Positions 28,560 through 37,649 of a stretch of 64,000 nucleotides of DNA are shown here, piece by piece. This stretch comes from an uncultured Lentisphaerales bacterium (GTDB taxonomy: Bacteria; Verrucomicrobiota; Lentisphaeria; JABSQK01; UBA12247). The stretch spans positions 11,845 through 75,844 of the forward strand of contig CALSSJ010000044.1 in NCBI GenBank assembly GCA_943788985.1, written 5' to 3'. Under the pieces are notes generated by a model. It was not told where the DNA came from and searched no databases. It saw only the letters and a program-made list of their open reading frames with translations. How positions within the stretch are numbered: position 1 is the stretch's first letter; the number at the start of each line of letters is the position of its first letter. Made by a program: the position numbers and the translations under genes.

Positions 28560-29339
28560 ATGGAGCAGCTTTCCTTTGATGTTACGTTGTTTTCTGCTGA
28601 CAGTGCGAATCTGTCCGCTCACTTGTCGCGAGGAAAGCTCCGACAAGGCGTACTTGCTTGGGTAGCAGCGCAAGGAGCCGACGCGATTGGCCTTGACGTT
28701 GTCACCAGAAACCAGCGGTTTCGTGCTCCCATCGGCGCGTTTTGGAGCAGCCCCGCTCAACTGGCGGCAAAGTCCATGCTTGTGGAAATCAAGACCTCGC
28801 GCGCAGCTTGCTGGCCGGACCATGTTCGTTCTGAGAACCTGCTCCCAGAGCTCCGGAGCCTCAAGCGAGACCGCCAGACTTTGCTGGCAGAGATTCGTGA
28901 TGCCGAGCCACATCTCCGCTGTAGCCAGTCGCTCTTCGAAGAGTTTGCAGAGTGGAATTATGAGAAATCTGACAATCCCGCCTATCAGCAACTGAGCGAA
29001 GATATCCGGCGCGTACAGACTGCCATCTATCGCGGAACCCGCTTCGAGCGGCTCGCTGCCGGGACGATGGCCCACAAACTCTACCTAGCCGTGCCTGAAG
29101 GCGCTGTACACCCGGACGAGTTGGCCGACGGCTGGGGCCTACTTTGGGTACACGAAGATCAAAGCGTGACCTGCGTCGCTGATGCCACACACCACACCTG
29201 CCCCCAGGATGATGTAAACCGCTTCGCAGTTGCAATTGCGAAGTCCGCAAAAGCCTGCGTGCTGTTTGCCACTGGCATCGACGAGGCGCACGCATGCCGG
29301 ATTGTGCAACCACCGCGCCGAAGACGAAAACCCCAATGA
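28560..29339 (+). CDS. Hypothetical protein with PD-(D/E)xK / MmcB-like nuclease motifs and a long helical insertion
   Basis: IGLDVV...MLVEIKTSRA (D...ExK) and later KLYLAVPEGAVHPDELADGWGLLWV resemble the MmcB-family core. About 100 aa of charged helical sequence lies between them. The start at ATG 28560 is a guess. Confidence 0.4.
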   Translation: MEQLSFDVTLFSADSANLSAHLSRGKLRQGVLAWVAAQGADAIGLDVVTRNQRFRAPIGAFWSSPAQLAAKSMLVEIKTSRAACWPDHVRSENLLPELRSLKRDRQTLLAEIRDAEPHLRCSQSLFEEFAEWNYEKSDNPAYQQLSEDIRRVQTAIYRGTRFERLAAGTMAHKLYLAVPEGAVHPDELADGWGLLWVHEDQSVTCVADATHHTCPQDDVNRFAVAIAKSAKACVLFATGIDEAHACRIVQPPRRRRKPQ

Positions 29340-30316
29340 GCAGAAAACGGGGAAAGGCACTACGGACACGCCTCACAAGGTCACTGCTCAAAAACTGTTT
29401 CCCCCTACTGAGCCGCGCGCTAGCCCTCTGCCCCAGGCTACTGGCCCACGGCCTCGCCAGGCTCGCGTCTTGGATCATCTGGTCCCTTCCCAATGAGCGC
29501 AAACTTCTGCGCACCAATCTGACCATCGCCTTTCCTAAAAAAACATCCAGCCAACGTGCCCGCATCGCTCGGGCCTCGGTCAGTCACCTCATCTACGCCT
29601 CTTTTGCCTTCGCTCGTGCAGCACGAGATCCTAGCCGCATCCTTGAACTCATGACCTACGACGAAGAAGAACTTGCCGCCTTCCAAAATGCCGGTGGAGC
29701 CATCCTCATCAGCCCTCATCTAGGCCACTGGGAAGTGGGACATCTCGCCGTGAACCTACTGGGGATGCAGACCGTCACCGTCTCCCGAAAGCATCGCTAC
29801 GACGAGGTCGAAAACTTTCTTAAAACCGCGCGCACCTGCACCGGTGCCCAAATGGTCTATCAGGCTGGGGCCGTGCGCGGCATGCTCAAAGGGCTGCGGG
29901 CTGGCCACAAAATATTCATCCTGGTCGACCAGAATATTCGGCCACGAGACGGTGGTGTCTATGCCCCCTTCTTCGGCCTGCCCGCAACCGTCAGCCGGGC
30001 CCCCGCCTCCCTCGCCGCCAAGGCCGCCGGCGGCGTCTGGCTTGGAGCCTGCCTGCTTGAACCTGATGGCAAGTTTCGCCTCACTTGCCGGAAAATTGAC
30101 CTACTAGGTTCCGAAAGCGATGAAGCCGCTATGGCACAGGTAAATTCAGCTACAGAAGCCATTGTCCGAGAGTTTCCGGAACAATACCTGTGGTGGTATA
30201 AGCGCTGGCTCTTCATACCTGACGAAGCCGACACAGCGGACTATCCCTACTACGCACGGACGATCCGCAACTCAGCTGGTTCCATTACGTCAACCCAACG
30301 GACGATGAAGCCTTGA
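29336..30316 (+). CDS. Lipid A biosynthesis (Kdo)2-lipid IVA acyltransferase family (LpxL/HtrB-like)
   Basis: N-terminal TM, then ILISPHLGHWEVG (HX4E acyltransferase motif), ILVDQN, FFGLPATVSRAPASLA and FPEQYLWWYKRW, all typical of the family. Confidence 0.75.
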   Translation: MSRKRGKALRTRLTRSLLKNCFPLLSRALALCPRLLAHGLARLASWIIWSLPNERKLLRTNLTIAFPKKTSSQRARIARASVSHLIYASFAFARAARDPSRILELMTYDEEELAAFQNAGGAILISPHLGHWEVGHLAVNLLGMQTVTVSRKHRYDEVENFLKTARTCTGAQMVYQAGAVRGMLKGLRAGHKIFILVDQNIRPRDGGVYAPFFGLPATVSRAPASLAAKAAGGVWLGACLLEPDGKFRLTCRKIDLLGSESDEAAMAQVNSATEAIVREFPEQYLWWYKRWLFIPDEADTADYPYYARTIRNSAGSITSTQRTMKP

Positions 30317-30810
30317 TTTTCCTGCGTGCCGTTTGCCAGAGCGTCGCCTAGGGACTCGAATACCTGCACAACCTAAAACAGCCCGTGATCGACGGCAATG
30401 TCCGGCCCCGGCACATGCGCATCACTCCCGATGGCGAAATCAAGCTCATCAGCTTTGGCTCTGCTTACTTCGCCTGGAGCGAACCGCCACACCGCGAGCC
30501 GGACGAATACGCCGCACCAGAACAGTTGCTCTACATGGAGGGCAGGAGGATCAGCCCTGATCTTGAGACAGACCGCTACTCCCTGGCATCCGCGATGAAC
30601 TACGGATTCTGCGGCCAGCATCGCTTTCTTAGTGTGCAGAACACCACCGATTCAGCCGCCCGCCTCAAGAGCGCAATCTTTGCTCGCAAAATACCGCTTC
30701 GCAAGAAAAACGAACGACATGCTGGATGCCAGCCCCGTAAGGCGACCATCCTTCTAAGATCTACATCTCGTCTTGGCAGATCCCTATGGCGAAGACGCAT
30801 CGGAGCCTGA
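30317..30810 (+). pseudogene. Relic of a Hanks-type Ser/Thr protein kinase (C-lobe only, catalytic motifs degenerate, in-frame TAG)
   Basis: The frame reads ...CQSVA*GLEYLHNLKQPVIDGNVRPRHMRITPDGEIKLISFGSAY...YAAPEQLL...DRYSLASAM. The subdomain order is VIb (HRD replaced by IDG), VII (DFG is now SFG), VIII (APE) and IX. The stop is at 30349-30351 and no N-lobe is present. Confidence 0.45.
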
Positions 30811-30888
30811 AGAACCACCAGCGGCTGAATGTCCCCCCATACTCCCGCAGGCTCCCCCGGCAGCTGAAGAGTAGCACTGACTGCCATC

Positions 30889-31413
30889 TCACAGGCCCGC
30901 CACAGCCAGCGCCTGCCCCACCAGCTTGCTTGCTTGCTCTGCTGTAATCACCGCACCGTCGGCTAAATCACTGACCACCTTCAAGACAGACAGCGGCAGC
31001 TGACCACACGCAGCGGCAATCGCTCCGGTCTCCATCTCCACCAACGTCTCTACTCCCTCAGTTTGCGGAGTTCGCACCGTCGTCAACGGCCGTGCGGGCA
31101 TTCCCGGCCACGGACGCAGCGGGTACAGCTGTCCGTCCCACGCAACTGCCTCAGCCGTGAACACATCCCCGAACTGCACCTCTGGCGTCCCGCCGCAAAT
31201 CCCGACGTTGCGAAGTTCGCAAATCTCGGAAAACTCGCGGAGCAAAGCACCTGTGGCCGCGCTCGCGCGCTCAGGCCCGACCCCCGTGATCGCCACGATG
31301 GCGTTATCCTTGCGATAGATGCGAAAGCCCAGCGCACTTGGCACGCGCCGTGCCTGCAGCCGCGTCAATATCGGCTGCGCCTCACAGCGTAAGGCACACA
31401 ACCAGGCAATCAC
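30889..31413 (-). CDS. Nucleoside phosphorylase superfamily protein (MTA/SAH nucleosidase- or futalosine hydrolase-like)
   Basis: 174 aa with AITGVGPERASAATGALL, and VEMETGAIAAAC matches the PNP_UDP_1 fold signature. The specific subfamily cannot be assigned by eye. Confidence 0.55.
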   Translation of the reverse strand: MIAWLCALRCEAQPILTRLQARRVPSALGFRIYRKDNAIVAITGVGPERASAATGALLREFSEICELRNVGICGGTPEVQFGDVFTAEAVAWDGQLYPLRPWPGMPARPLTTVRTPQTEGVETLVEMETGAIAAACGQLPLSVLKVVSDLADGAVITAEQASKLVGQALAVAGL

Positions 31414-31421
31414 CGCTCAGC

Positions 31422-32078
31422 CTACGCGCCCCAGCGCGCCCGATAGTCCGCGATCGCGCGCAGAATCTCCGCCGAGACCAGCCCATGCTCCGTGACATGT
31501 GCCACGATCTCGGAAAGAGTGACGATCGCAAAGGCAGGCATGTCGTAGGTAGTCGCCAGTTCATCCAGCGCATTGCGCTCACCGGTCCCCTTCTCCTCCC
31601 GATCCACGGATACGATCAGACCCGCGAGCGTAACGTCCGCCGCGCTGCGCAGCAGCGGTACGGTCTCACGCACAGACGTCCCAGCCGTCACCACATCTTC
31701 GACAATCACAACGCGCTCGCCATCGCCGAAAGGATGCCCGACAAAGACTCCCTTCTCGCCGTGATCCTTCGCTTCCTTGCGGTTGAATGTGAAGTTCACC
31801 GTATGATCATGCTCCGCAGCGAGCGCCATAGACGCGGTCACAACCAGCGGCACCCCTTTGTACGCGGGGCCAAAAAGCGTGTCGTACTCCCGTCCCAGCC
31901 GATCAGCCAGCGCCGCCGCGTAGAACGAGCCCAACTTCGCAATCTGCGGCCCGGTCGCGTATTGCCCGGTATTAATGAAGTATGGGGTTTTCCGCCCGCT
32001 CTTTGTCGTGAAATCCCCGAACCGAAGCCCGCCAGAATCTAGCATAAAGGAAATAAAATTTTGCTTATAGTTCGTCAT
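31422..32078 (-). CDS. pyrE: Orotate phosphoribosyltransferase
   Basis: Shows GDFTTKSGRKTPYFINTG and the PRPP-binding loop VVIVEDVVTAGTS. 218 aa. Confidence 0.92.
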   Translation of the reverse strand: MTNYKQNFISFMLDSGGLRFGDFTTKSGRKTPYFINTGQYATGPQIAKLGSFYAAALADRLGREYDTLFGPAYKGVPLVVTASMALAAEHDHTVNFTFNRKEAKDHGEKGVFVGHPFGDGERVVIVEDVVTAGTSVRETVPLLRSAADVTLAGLIVSVDREEKGTGERNALDELATTYDMPAFAIVTLSEIVAHVTEHGLVSAEILRAIADYRARWGA

Positions 32079-33556
32079 TCGTCAGCAAACTCCCAAGCAT
32101 GACGTTCGCGCAGAGCTGGCACAGCGTTACCGCGCCCGGTGGCCTCCAGACGCTCTACATATCGTTTCAGATGGCCACTCGCATGCAACGGGCCACCTTC
32201 CGCCATGACCTCCCACATCGGGTCTGAGCTACTCGGGCTGCTGGCCATCATGTCATCATGCCAATCCAGTAGCCGGGAAGCGCCCTCACGACAGATCTCC
32301 GGATGCGCCTCCGCCAAGTCAAACTGCTCATGCGGATCGCTCTCAAGATTGTACAGCATCTCCTTCGGGAACAGGTGATAGCCGTCGTGATACGTACGCA
32401 TGTACAGCCACGGCCCAAAGCGCACGCTTCGCTGGCAAACATGGGCACATTGGCTGATCACCAGCTGGTCGCGCCCAGTCGCCTCGCCGTCTTGTATCGC
32501 AGCAGCAAAACTCTCGCCATCCCAGCGCGGGCGCGCCGCCACACCGGTCAGTTCTGCCAGTGTCGGGGCCAGGTCCACATTATAATGCAACCCCTCATTC
32601 ACGCAGGCCTCTTCCATGCCGGGCCAGTGTACAATCAGCGGCACTCGGCAGGTGATCGAGTCAGCCGTACCGTGCTCGCCGTAGATCCCAAGCTCGCCCT
32701 GGTTCTCACCATGATCAGCCGTCACGATCACCACCACATCATCCAGCCCGACTCCCTGGGCCTCCAGCCCTGCCAGGATCCGACCGACATGCTCGTCTGC
32801 CCAGTTCACACCGCAGTCATAGCCATCGATCATCCGCCGCAAATCTTCCATTGTCTGCAACTCACCCGGCTGCCTCGGAAACGCAGGGAGCTCATCTCCG
32901 TTGTACATGTTAATGTCCAACGCAGTGTGCGGTCCTGCCATCTTCTTATGGCCCTCAAGCACATCTTCCGTCAGCCATTCCGGGAGCGGGTCGTCCGCAA
33001 AAGGATTCCCTAACTCTTCTGGCGTTCGGTAGGGCGTATGCGGGTCCCAGTAGTTCACGTAGAGAAACCAGTCATCATCTGCCGCATTGTCTGCGATCCA
33101 CTTGAGCACAACTGGAGTGACTTCCTCTGCAGATTCCTGCCCGCCCTTTCCCGTGTTGTGCACTTCATTGAAGCCAGCGTAGAACGTCCAGCAGGTGTGA
33201 CGTTCGGGAAAAGGGCTAACCAGCGTGGTTTTCATGCCCAGTTTACGAAAGATGGTAGGCAACGCATCCTCGTACAGCTCCGAGCGAAAGTTACGCCCCG
33301 GCCCTTCGAGGCGCATATCGGCCGCAGTGCCACCGTGCCCGACCACGCCAGTATGAATCCCAAACCGGCCACTCATCAAGGCTGTACGAGAGGGCAAGCA
33401 GGGTGCATCTGAGCAGTAATAGTTCGTAAATCGAACTGCCCTCTCGGCAATTCGATCAATGTTCGGTGAGGTATTTCGATGGTAGCCGTAGCACCCGAGA
33501 TGATCGGGCCGAAGGCTATCAATGTCACACAGAAGTACGCGCATCTGGATCCTCAT
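32075..33556 (-). CDS. Sulfatase family protein (Cys-type, no obvious signal peptide)
   Basis: Shows DSLRPDHLGCYG, the formylglycine motif PCLPSRTALMSGR, and the TADHGE metal/active-site region. It overlaps the pyrE start by 4 nt. Confidence 0.85.
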   Translation of the reverse strand: MRIQMRVLLCDIDSLRPDHLGCYGYHRNTSPNIDRIAERAVRFTNYYCSDAPCLPSRTALMSGRFGIHTGVVGHGGTAADMRLEGPGRNFRSELYEDALPTIFRKLGMKTTLVSPFPERHTCWTFYAGFNEVHNTGKGGQESAEEVTPVVLKWIADNAADDDWFLYVNYWDPHTPYRTPEELGNPFADDPLPEWLTEDVLEGHKKMAGPHTALDINMYNGDELPAFPRQPGELQTMEDLRRMIDGYDCGVNWADEHVGRILAGLEAQGVGLDDVVVIVTADHGENQGELGIYGEHGTADSITCRVPLIVHWPGMEEACVNEGLHYNVDLAPTLAELTGVAARPRWDGESFAAAIQDGEATGRDQLVISQCAHVCQRSVRFGPWLYMRTYHDGYHLFPKEMLYNLESDPHEQFDLAEAHPEICREGASRLLDWHDDMMASSPSSSDPMWEVMAEGGPLHASGHLKRYVERLEATGRGNAVPALRERHAWEFADE

Positions 33557-33583
33557 ACCCTTCAGGCCGCAAATGGAGGCTCT

Positions 33584-35620
33584 CTACTGTGAGGGCGGCG
33601 GCTGTTGACCAGCCGCTTCCCTCTTTTTCTGGGCAGCGCGCTCCCGCATCAGCCGCTGAAACTCTCTTGCCCGCTTGTTCCCGCTATTTTCTTCCTCAAC
33701 TGTTTCGTCGACCTCGGGGCCCAGAAATTCTACCTCAACAGCAGCCTCAGTGTCCTCGGACGTGCCATCGATAGTCACTTCAACAATCTTAATTCTCCCG
33801 GTAGACTCGGGAAGCTCGAGTTTCTCCACACCGGAGATCACTGAGCTATGTCCCGCAGCTGGCATCTTGATAACCTCTCCCATCGTCTGCTCAGAATTCG
33901 GGAATTTCACCAACACTTTGGTCTCATAGCTCCCAGAGACGCGCTCTCTTGGAGTCAGTCGGTACTGCAGCCAGTACTCGACATCGGCAAGAGTCTTACC
34001 GTATTGGTCCAAAGAGACCAGCTCTTTCGACAGGCCAGTCACGCGGGCCGGACGGGGAGAACGGGATGAGCGATAGCGTGAGCGCGGCGGCAGTTCCTCC
34101 TCTTCAGGCGTCTTCGTCGCTTCGCGCGAACTCCCTGGTTGCCCAACCCGCAACAGGCGATACTTCAACGCGTAGTAGCTCTGATGATCTAGTGACTTCG
34201 CATTCCTCCAACTTGTGAAGCCGTAAACTCTGCGGTTGTCACCCTGCACGGCAGTGGGAAATGCGATATCATCAAACGCCATTTTGATGACGGTCTTTCT
34301 GGGCAGCTTGTCTCCGACCGAGTCTGCGGCCCTTGCGCCCTCAGGCGTCAACCAGCGATAGGCCCGATCAAACGATTCACGAGATGCGGCGAGCTGCTCA
34401 CGCTCGAGCCGAGCAGTAGCAATGCTCTGCTGCTCAGCGTTTGCCGTATCGTCCTCTTGCTCGCGAGCGACACGGGCAACCTTCTTCTCCTCAAAAATCT
34501 GACGCTGGATCTCAATGGCGTATCGCTTCGCCAGGAGTGGTGCCTTGCCAAACTCATTGCGAATTTTAGCCGTCGGCGGCCGAATGCTATCCTCATTCAA
34601 ACGGAACATGTATGTAATCTCACTTGTGCGCACGGGCTCCAGCAGCGGAATTGTCGCCTGCGCATTTGCACCAGGGCAGTGAATCACCGTCTTTCCATCG
34701 CGATCCAGACTCTTCTGCGTCCCATCGCACTCGGGGCATGGCTTCGAGTTCGTGCGACCTGGCGTAACATTTGTTGGCCGAGGCACCAGCAGCCAGCTCC
34801 CTACCTTGCTATCGAAACAGAAAATCTTCAGGCTCTTCGACAGCTTTGCGAGACTCCCTGGAACCTGCTCGCGCTTGAGCCGAAACCCGGCGCTCTTCCA
34901 CTTTTCGCCACCATGAAACAGCTCTGAAGCTGCGACCACCTTGGAACCAATCAGCAGCATGAACTTCAGATTTTTGTCCGTGTTATTCACCAAGCGCGCC
35001 GAGAGATAGCTGCGGCTCGGATGATCGCGAATTTCCAACAGAATCGTACGGTCTCCCATGTGCTTCCGATAGCGGTACTCGCCATTGACCGCGAGCACTT
35101 GCCCAAAGAATTTCTCCGAGTACCCCGACTCGTGGATGAGCTTCTCCATCTCCACCGTCTCGCGACGGGCTCGTTTCTCAGCCAGCGATAGGCGCAACTC
35201 GTTCACCTCAAACGCAAGCCTTCCACGATTCATTCCGTAATAAAGGCGCTTCCAGTCAAGCTCATCGATGTCATCCTTCAGATAGGTCCGCTGGTCAATC
35301 CGTGCATACTTCTCCCGCTCAATCCCTTTAAAGACGCCACGAATGGTCTGAGTGCCCAGCCCCTTTCGCACCGTTACCACCACCATTTCGCCTACTGGAA
35401 ACGGGGTATTCAGGCGCTTGACGAACTCCATATCCTGGCTGAACTCTTCATCCAGAATTGCCTTGATTTGCTCTTTCGCGTCTCCCTTGAACTGCTCGTA
35501 CGCTGCAATCCGCATGTCCACAGGCTCATTCGCGCACACAGTAAATATGCACAACATCAGCAATTGCATCAGGTACTTCACACAGCTACCCTCGTATTCT
35601 ATTCCGAATTTCGTTGTCAC
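33584..35620 (-). CDS. Hypothetical secreted protein, long paralogue (678 aa) of the upstream gene
   Basis: GTG start overlaps the upstream stop (GTGA). Hydrophobic leader LMQLLMLCIFTVCA. The N-terminal 300 aa or so are homologous to ORF 35617..36804 (EFSQD.E..KRLNTP..VG; KIFCFDSKVGSWLLVPRP versus EIWCYQSEAGYWRLAVNP). It has a single CPECDGTQ zinc-knuckle-like motif, a coiled charged middle and an acidic then basic tail. I recognise no family. Confidence 0.6.
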   Translation of the reverse strand: MTTKFGIEYEGSCVKYLMQLLMLCIFTVCANEPVDMRIAAYEQFKGDAKEQIKAILDEEFSQDMEFVKRLNTPFPVGEMVVVTVRKGLGTQTIRGVFKGIEREKYARIDQRTYLKDDIDELDWKRLYYGMNRGRLAFEVNELRLSLAEKRARRETVEMEKLIHESGYSEKFFGQVLAVNGEYRYRKHMGDRTILLEIRDHPSRSYLSARLVNNTDKNLKFMLLIGSKVVAASELFHGGEKWKSAGFRLKREQVPGSLAKLSKSLKIFCFDSKVGSWLLVPRPTNVTPGRTNSKPCPECDGTQKSLDRDGKTVIHCPGANAQATIPLLEPVRTSEITYMFRLNEDSIRPPTAKIRNEFGKAPLLAKRYAIEIQRQIFEEKKVARVAREQEDDTANAEQQSIATARLEREQLAASRESFDRAYRWLTPEGARAADSVGDKLPRKTVIKMAFDDIAFPTAVQGDNRRVYGFTSWRNAKSLDHQSYYALKYRLLRVGQPGSSREATKTPEEEELPPRSRYRSSRSPRPARVTGLSKELVSLDQYGKTLADVEYWLQYRLTPRERVSGSYETKVLVKFPNSEQTMGEVIKMPAAGHSSVISGVEKLELPESTGRIKIVEVTIDGTSEDTEAAVEVEFLGPEVDETVEEENSGNKRAREFQRLMRERAAQKKREAAGQQPPPSQ

Positions 35621-36804
35621 TCTTCGAGGCCTTGCAGAATTCCAAAATTCAGCTCAACAGGCTCGCCCTCTCTCTCCGTGTAATCGTCCGGGTAAATTTC
35701 GATCGGGACGATTTCGCCAAGTCCCTGCTCCTTCTCGGTCCTCGGCGCAAGGTCACGCGCGGTGCGGAGCTCCGAAGCACGCTTGACGATGCGCTGGAGC
35801 ATGGCAACCACCTCGTTTTGATAGGCGATGGCCTCCACTCGCGCAGCCTCATAGTTCGCCTCCGAAAGTGGCTTGGCCAGCGGCACGGTCTGCACAGCGC
35901 CCGGCCTGTCATGCTCGACGATACTGAAGCTCAACTTCGCTTGAATCGCATGACGCCCATTACTGTCCGCGTCACGCGGTGTAAAGCCCGGGTTAACCGC
36001 CAAGCGCCAATAGCCTGCCTCGGACTGGTAGCACCAGATCTCTACGTTCGCTAGATCCTGTTCCGTGAAATCACCACCGAGATCGAGCGAAAGCGCCCGC
36101 ATTGCCCCAGTCTTAGTCGAGACAACACTGATCGCTTTACGCCCAACCATTACGATTGGGTTGAACTGCGCTGCGTTGGACATGGTCCCGGTGACAAAAC
36201 GGCTTCCCGTCACACGTTGAAGCACCAGCGAAGCCTTTCCTTCCCCGAGATAGCTCCGCTCGCAGACACTGTCACCGGTTTGAATGTAGGTCGTGGCAAA
36301 AATATCCGGCTCCAACAGCCCGCGCTCTTCGAACGCGCGCCGCACAAGAAACCGGCTTCGCTTATCAACCTCAGCGTTGATCGCATCCGACCGATTCTGC
36401 AACTCCAACTCGCGATCCTCAGCCGTCTTAAAAAACGACCACTGCACATGCTCGCGCTCGGATTCCTCAATGTCCTGAATCAGTACCCGCTTATTGCTGA
36501 CCTTGACATAGTCGTCACCGATCAGCCCATTCAGACGACCCGATATCGAGCGCGACCCCATCACTAACCGAAAACGAACCTGCTGGCCAATCTCCAGCGG
36601 CGTTGCCAGCCGTTCCAATTGCTCCCTCTCTTGGGAAAATTCACGTTTCAGGTCCCGTTCTGCCTGTGTGGTGGCGTTGTGCTGGAACTCAAGCAGCCAC
36701 TGGACTGAGAGCACACTATTCTGCCCACTCGACTGCACTGCCAAAAGAAAAGTTAGCCAAAGCGACAGGGTACACCAACGTCCATTGCTACACTTCGAAA
36801 CCAT
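35617..36804 (-). CDS. Hypothetical secreted protein, short paralogue (395 aa)
   Basis: Signal peptide MVSKCSNGRWCTLSLWLTFLLAVQSSG. Shares its N-terminal architecture with 33584..35620. I recognise no family. Confidence 0.6.
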   Translation of the reverse strand: MVSKCSNGRWCTLSLWLTFLLAVQSSGQNSVLSVQWLLEFQHNATTQAERDLKREFSQEREQLERLATPLEIGQQVRFRLVMGSRSISGRLNGLIGDDYVKVSNKRVLIQDIEESEREHVQWSFFKTAEDRELELQNRSDAINAEVDKRSRFLVRRAFEERGLLEPDIFATTYIQTGDSVCERSYLGEGKASLVLQRVTGSRFVTGTMSNAAQFNPIVMVGRKAISVVSTKTGAMRALSLDLGGDFTEQDLANVEIWCYQSEAGYWRLAVNPGFTPRDADSNGRHAIQAKLSFSIVEHDRPGAVQTVPLAKPLSEANYEAARVEAIAYQNEVVAMLQRIVKRASELRTARDLAPRTEKEQGLGEIVPIEIYPDDYTEREGEPVELNFGILQGLEE

Positions 36805-36866
36805 TCACGAATTCTCCGCATTTAAAACTACAGAACTGCGGTCTTACCATACTCCCAGCGCCCCAA

Positions 36867-37604
36867 TCACGCACATGGGTCTCGTAAGATCCGTACGAGG
36901 AGACGCGCGAAAAGTTGCGGTTGTTCCAAGTGCACGTTATGTCCCGCCTGTCCTACTATCGCTGCCCGGACGCCCGCATGCGCCATCTCCAAGCTCTTTG
37001 CAATCTCTGCATACCGCGGATCCAGCGCGCCAGCAATCCACCACACCGGGCACCCTAAAAGCCCCAGATCCTGCTGCAAATCCCCCTGCCCGCCCAGACT
37101 GAATGCCCGTAGCGCGCGGGACAGTTCCTGCGCATTCCCCGTCGCCCTGCGCTGCACCAAGTCAGCTCGCTGCACCACCACGCTCGCAAACAAATCCTGA
37201 CCGTACCATTTTTGCAAGAACACATGTAACCCAAATTCGACCAATTCATCTGCCAGTGTCCGATCCGCCGCCAAACGCTCGGCGCGAACTGCGGGGTCCG
37301 CAATTCCAGGATTTGCGGACTCCGCAATCAGGCAGCGAAGGCCCTGTCCATCGTGAACCGCCCAATCCAGCGCCAACCGACCGCCTAGCGAATAGCCCAG
37401 CACTGCGAATTCGGCGAGCCCCAGCGCCGCCACTGTCTCCGCGAACGCCGCGCGAAACCAGGAAATCGAAGCATCTGCGGGGCAACTTGTCTGGCCATGT
37501 CCTGGCACAGTCAGGCAATAGGCATTCAATTCCGGCAGATCCCTGAGCAGCCGATCCCACTCTCCAGCGTCCCCCAGAAAGCCATGAACCAACAGCACCG
37601 GCAA
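36867..37604 (-). CDS. menH: 2-succinyl-6-hydroxy-2,4-cyclohexadiene-1-carboxylate synthase-like alpha/beta hydrolase
   Basis: Shows VLLVHGFLGDAGEW, nucleophile elbow GYSLGGRLAL, PGIADPAVRAERLAADRTLA and FLQKWYGQDLF, matching the MenH pattern. Confidence 0.7.
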   Translation of the reverse strand: MPVLLVHGFLGDAGEWDRLLRDLPELNAYCLTVPGHGQTSCPADASISWFRAAFAETVAALGLAEFAVLGYSLGGRLALDWAVHDGQGLRCLIAESANPGIADPAVRAERLAADRTLADELVEFGLHVFLQKWYGQDLFASVVVQRADLVQRRATGNAQELSRALRAFSLGGQGDLQQDLGLLGCPVWWIAGALDPRYAEIAKSLEMAHAGVRAAIVGQAGHNVHLEQPQLFARLLVRILRDPCA

Positions 37605-37649
37605 TCCCGTGCCCGGCCCGCCGCGTCACCTCCAACGGAGTTCGCCCGA

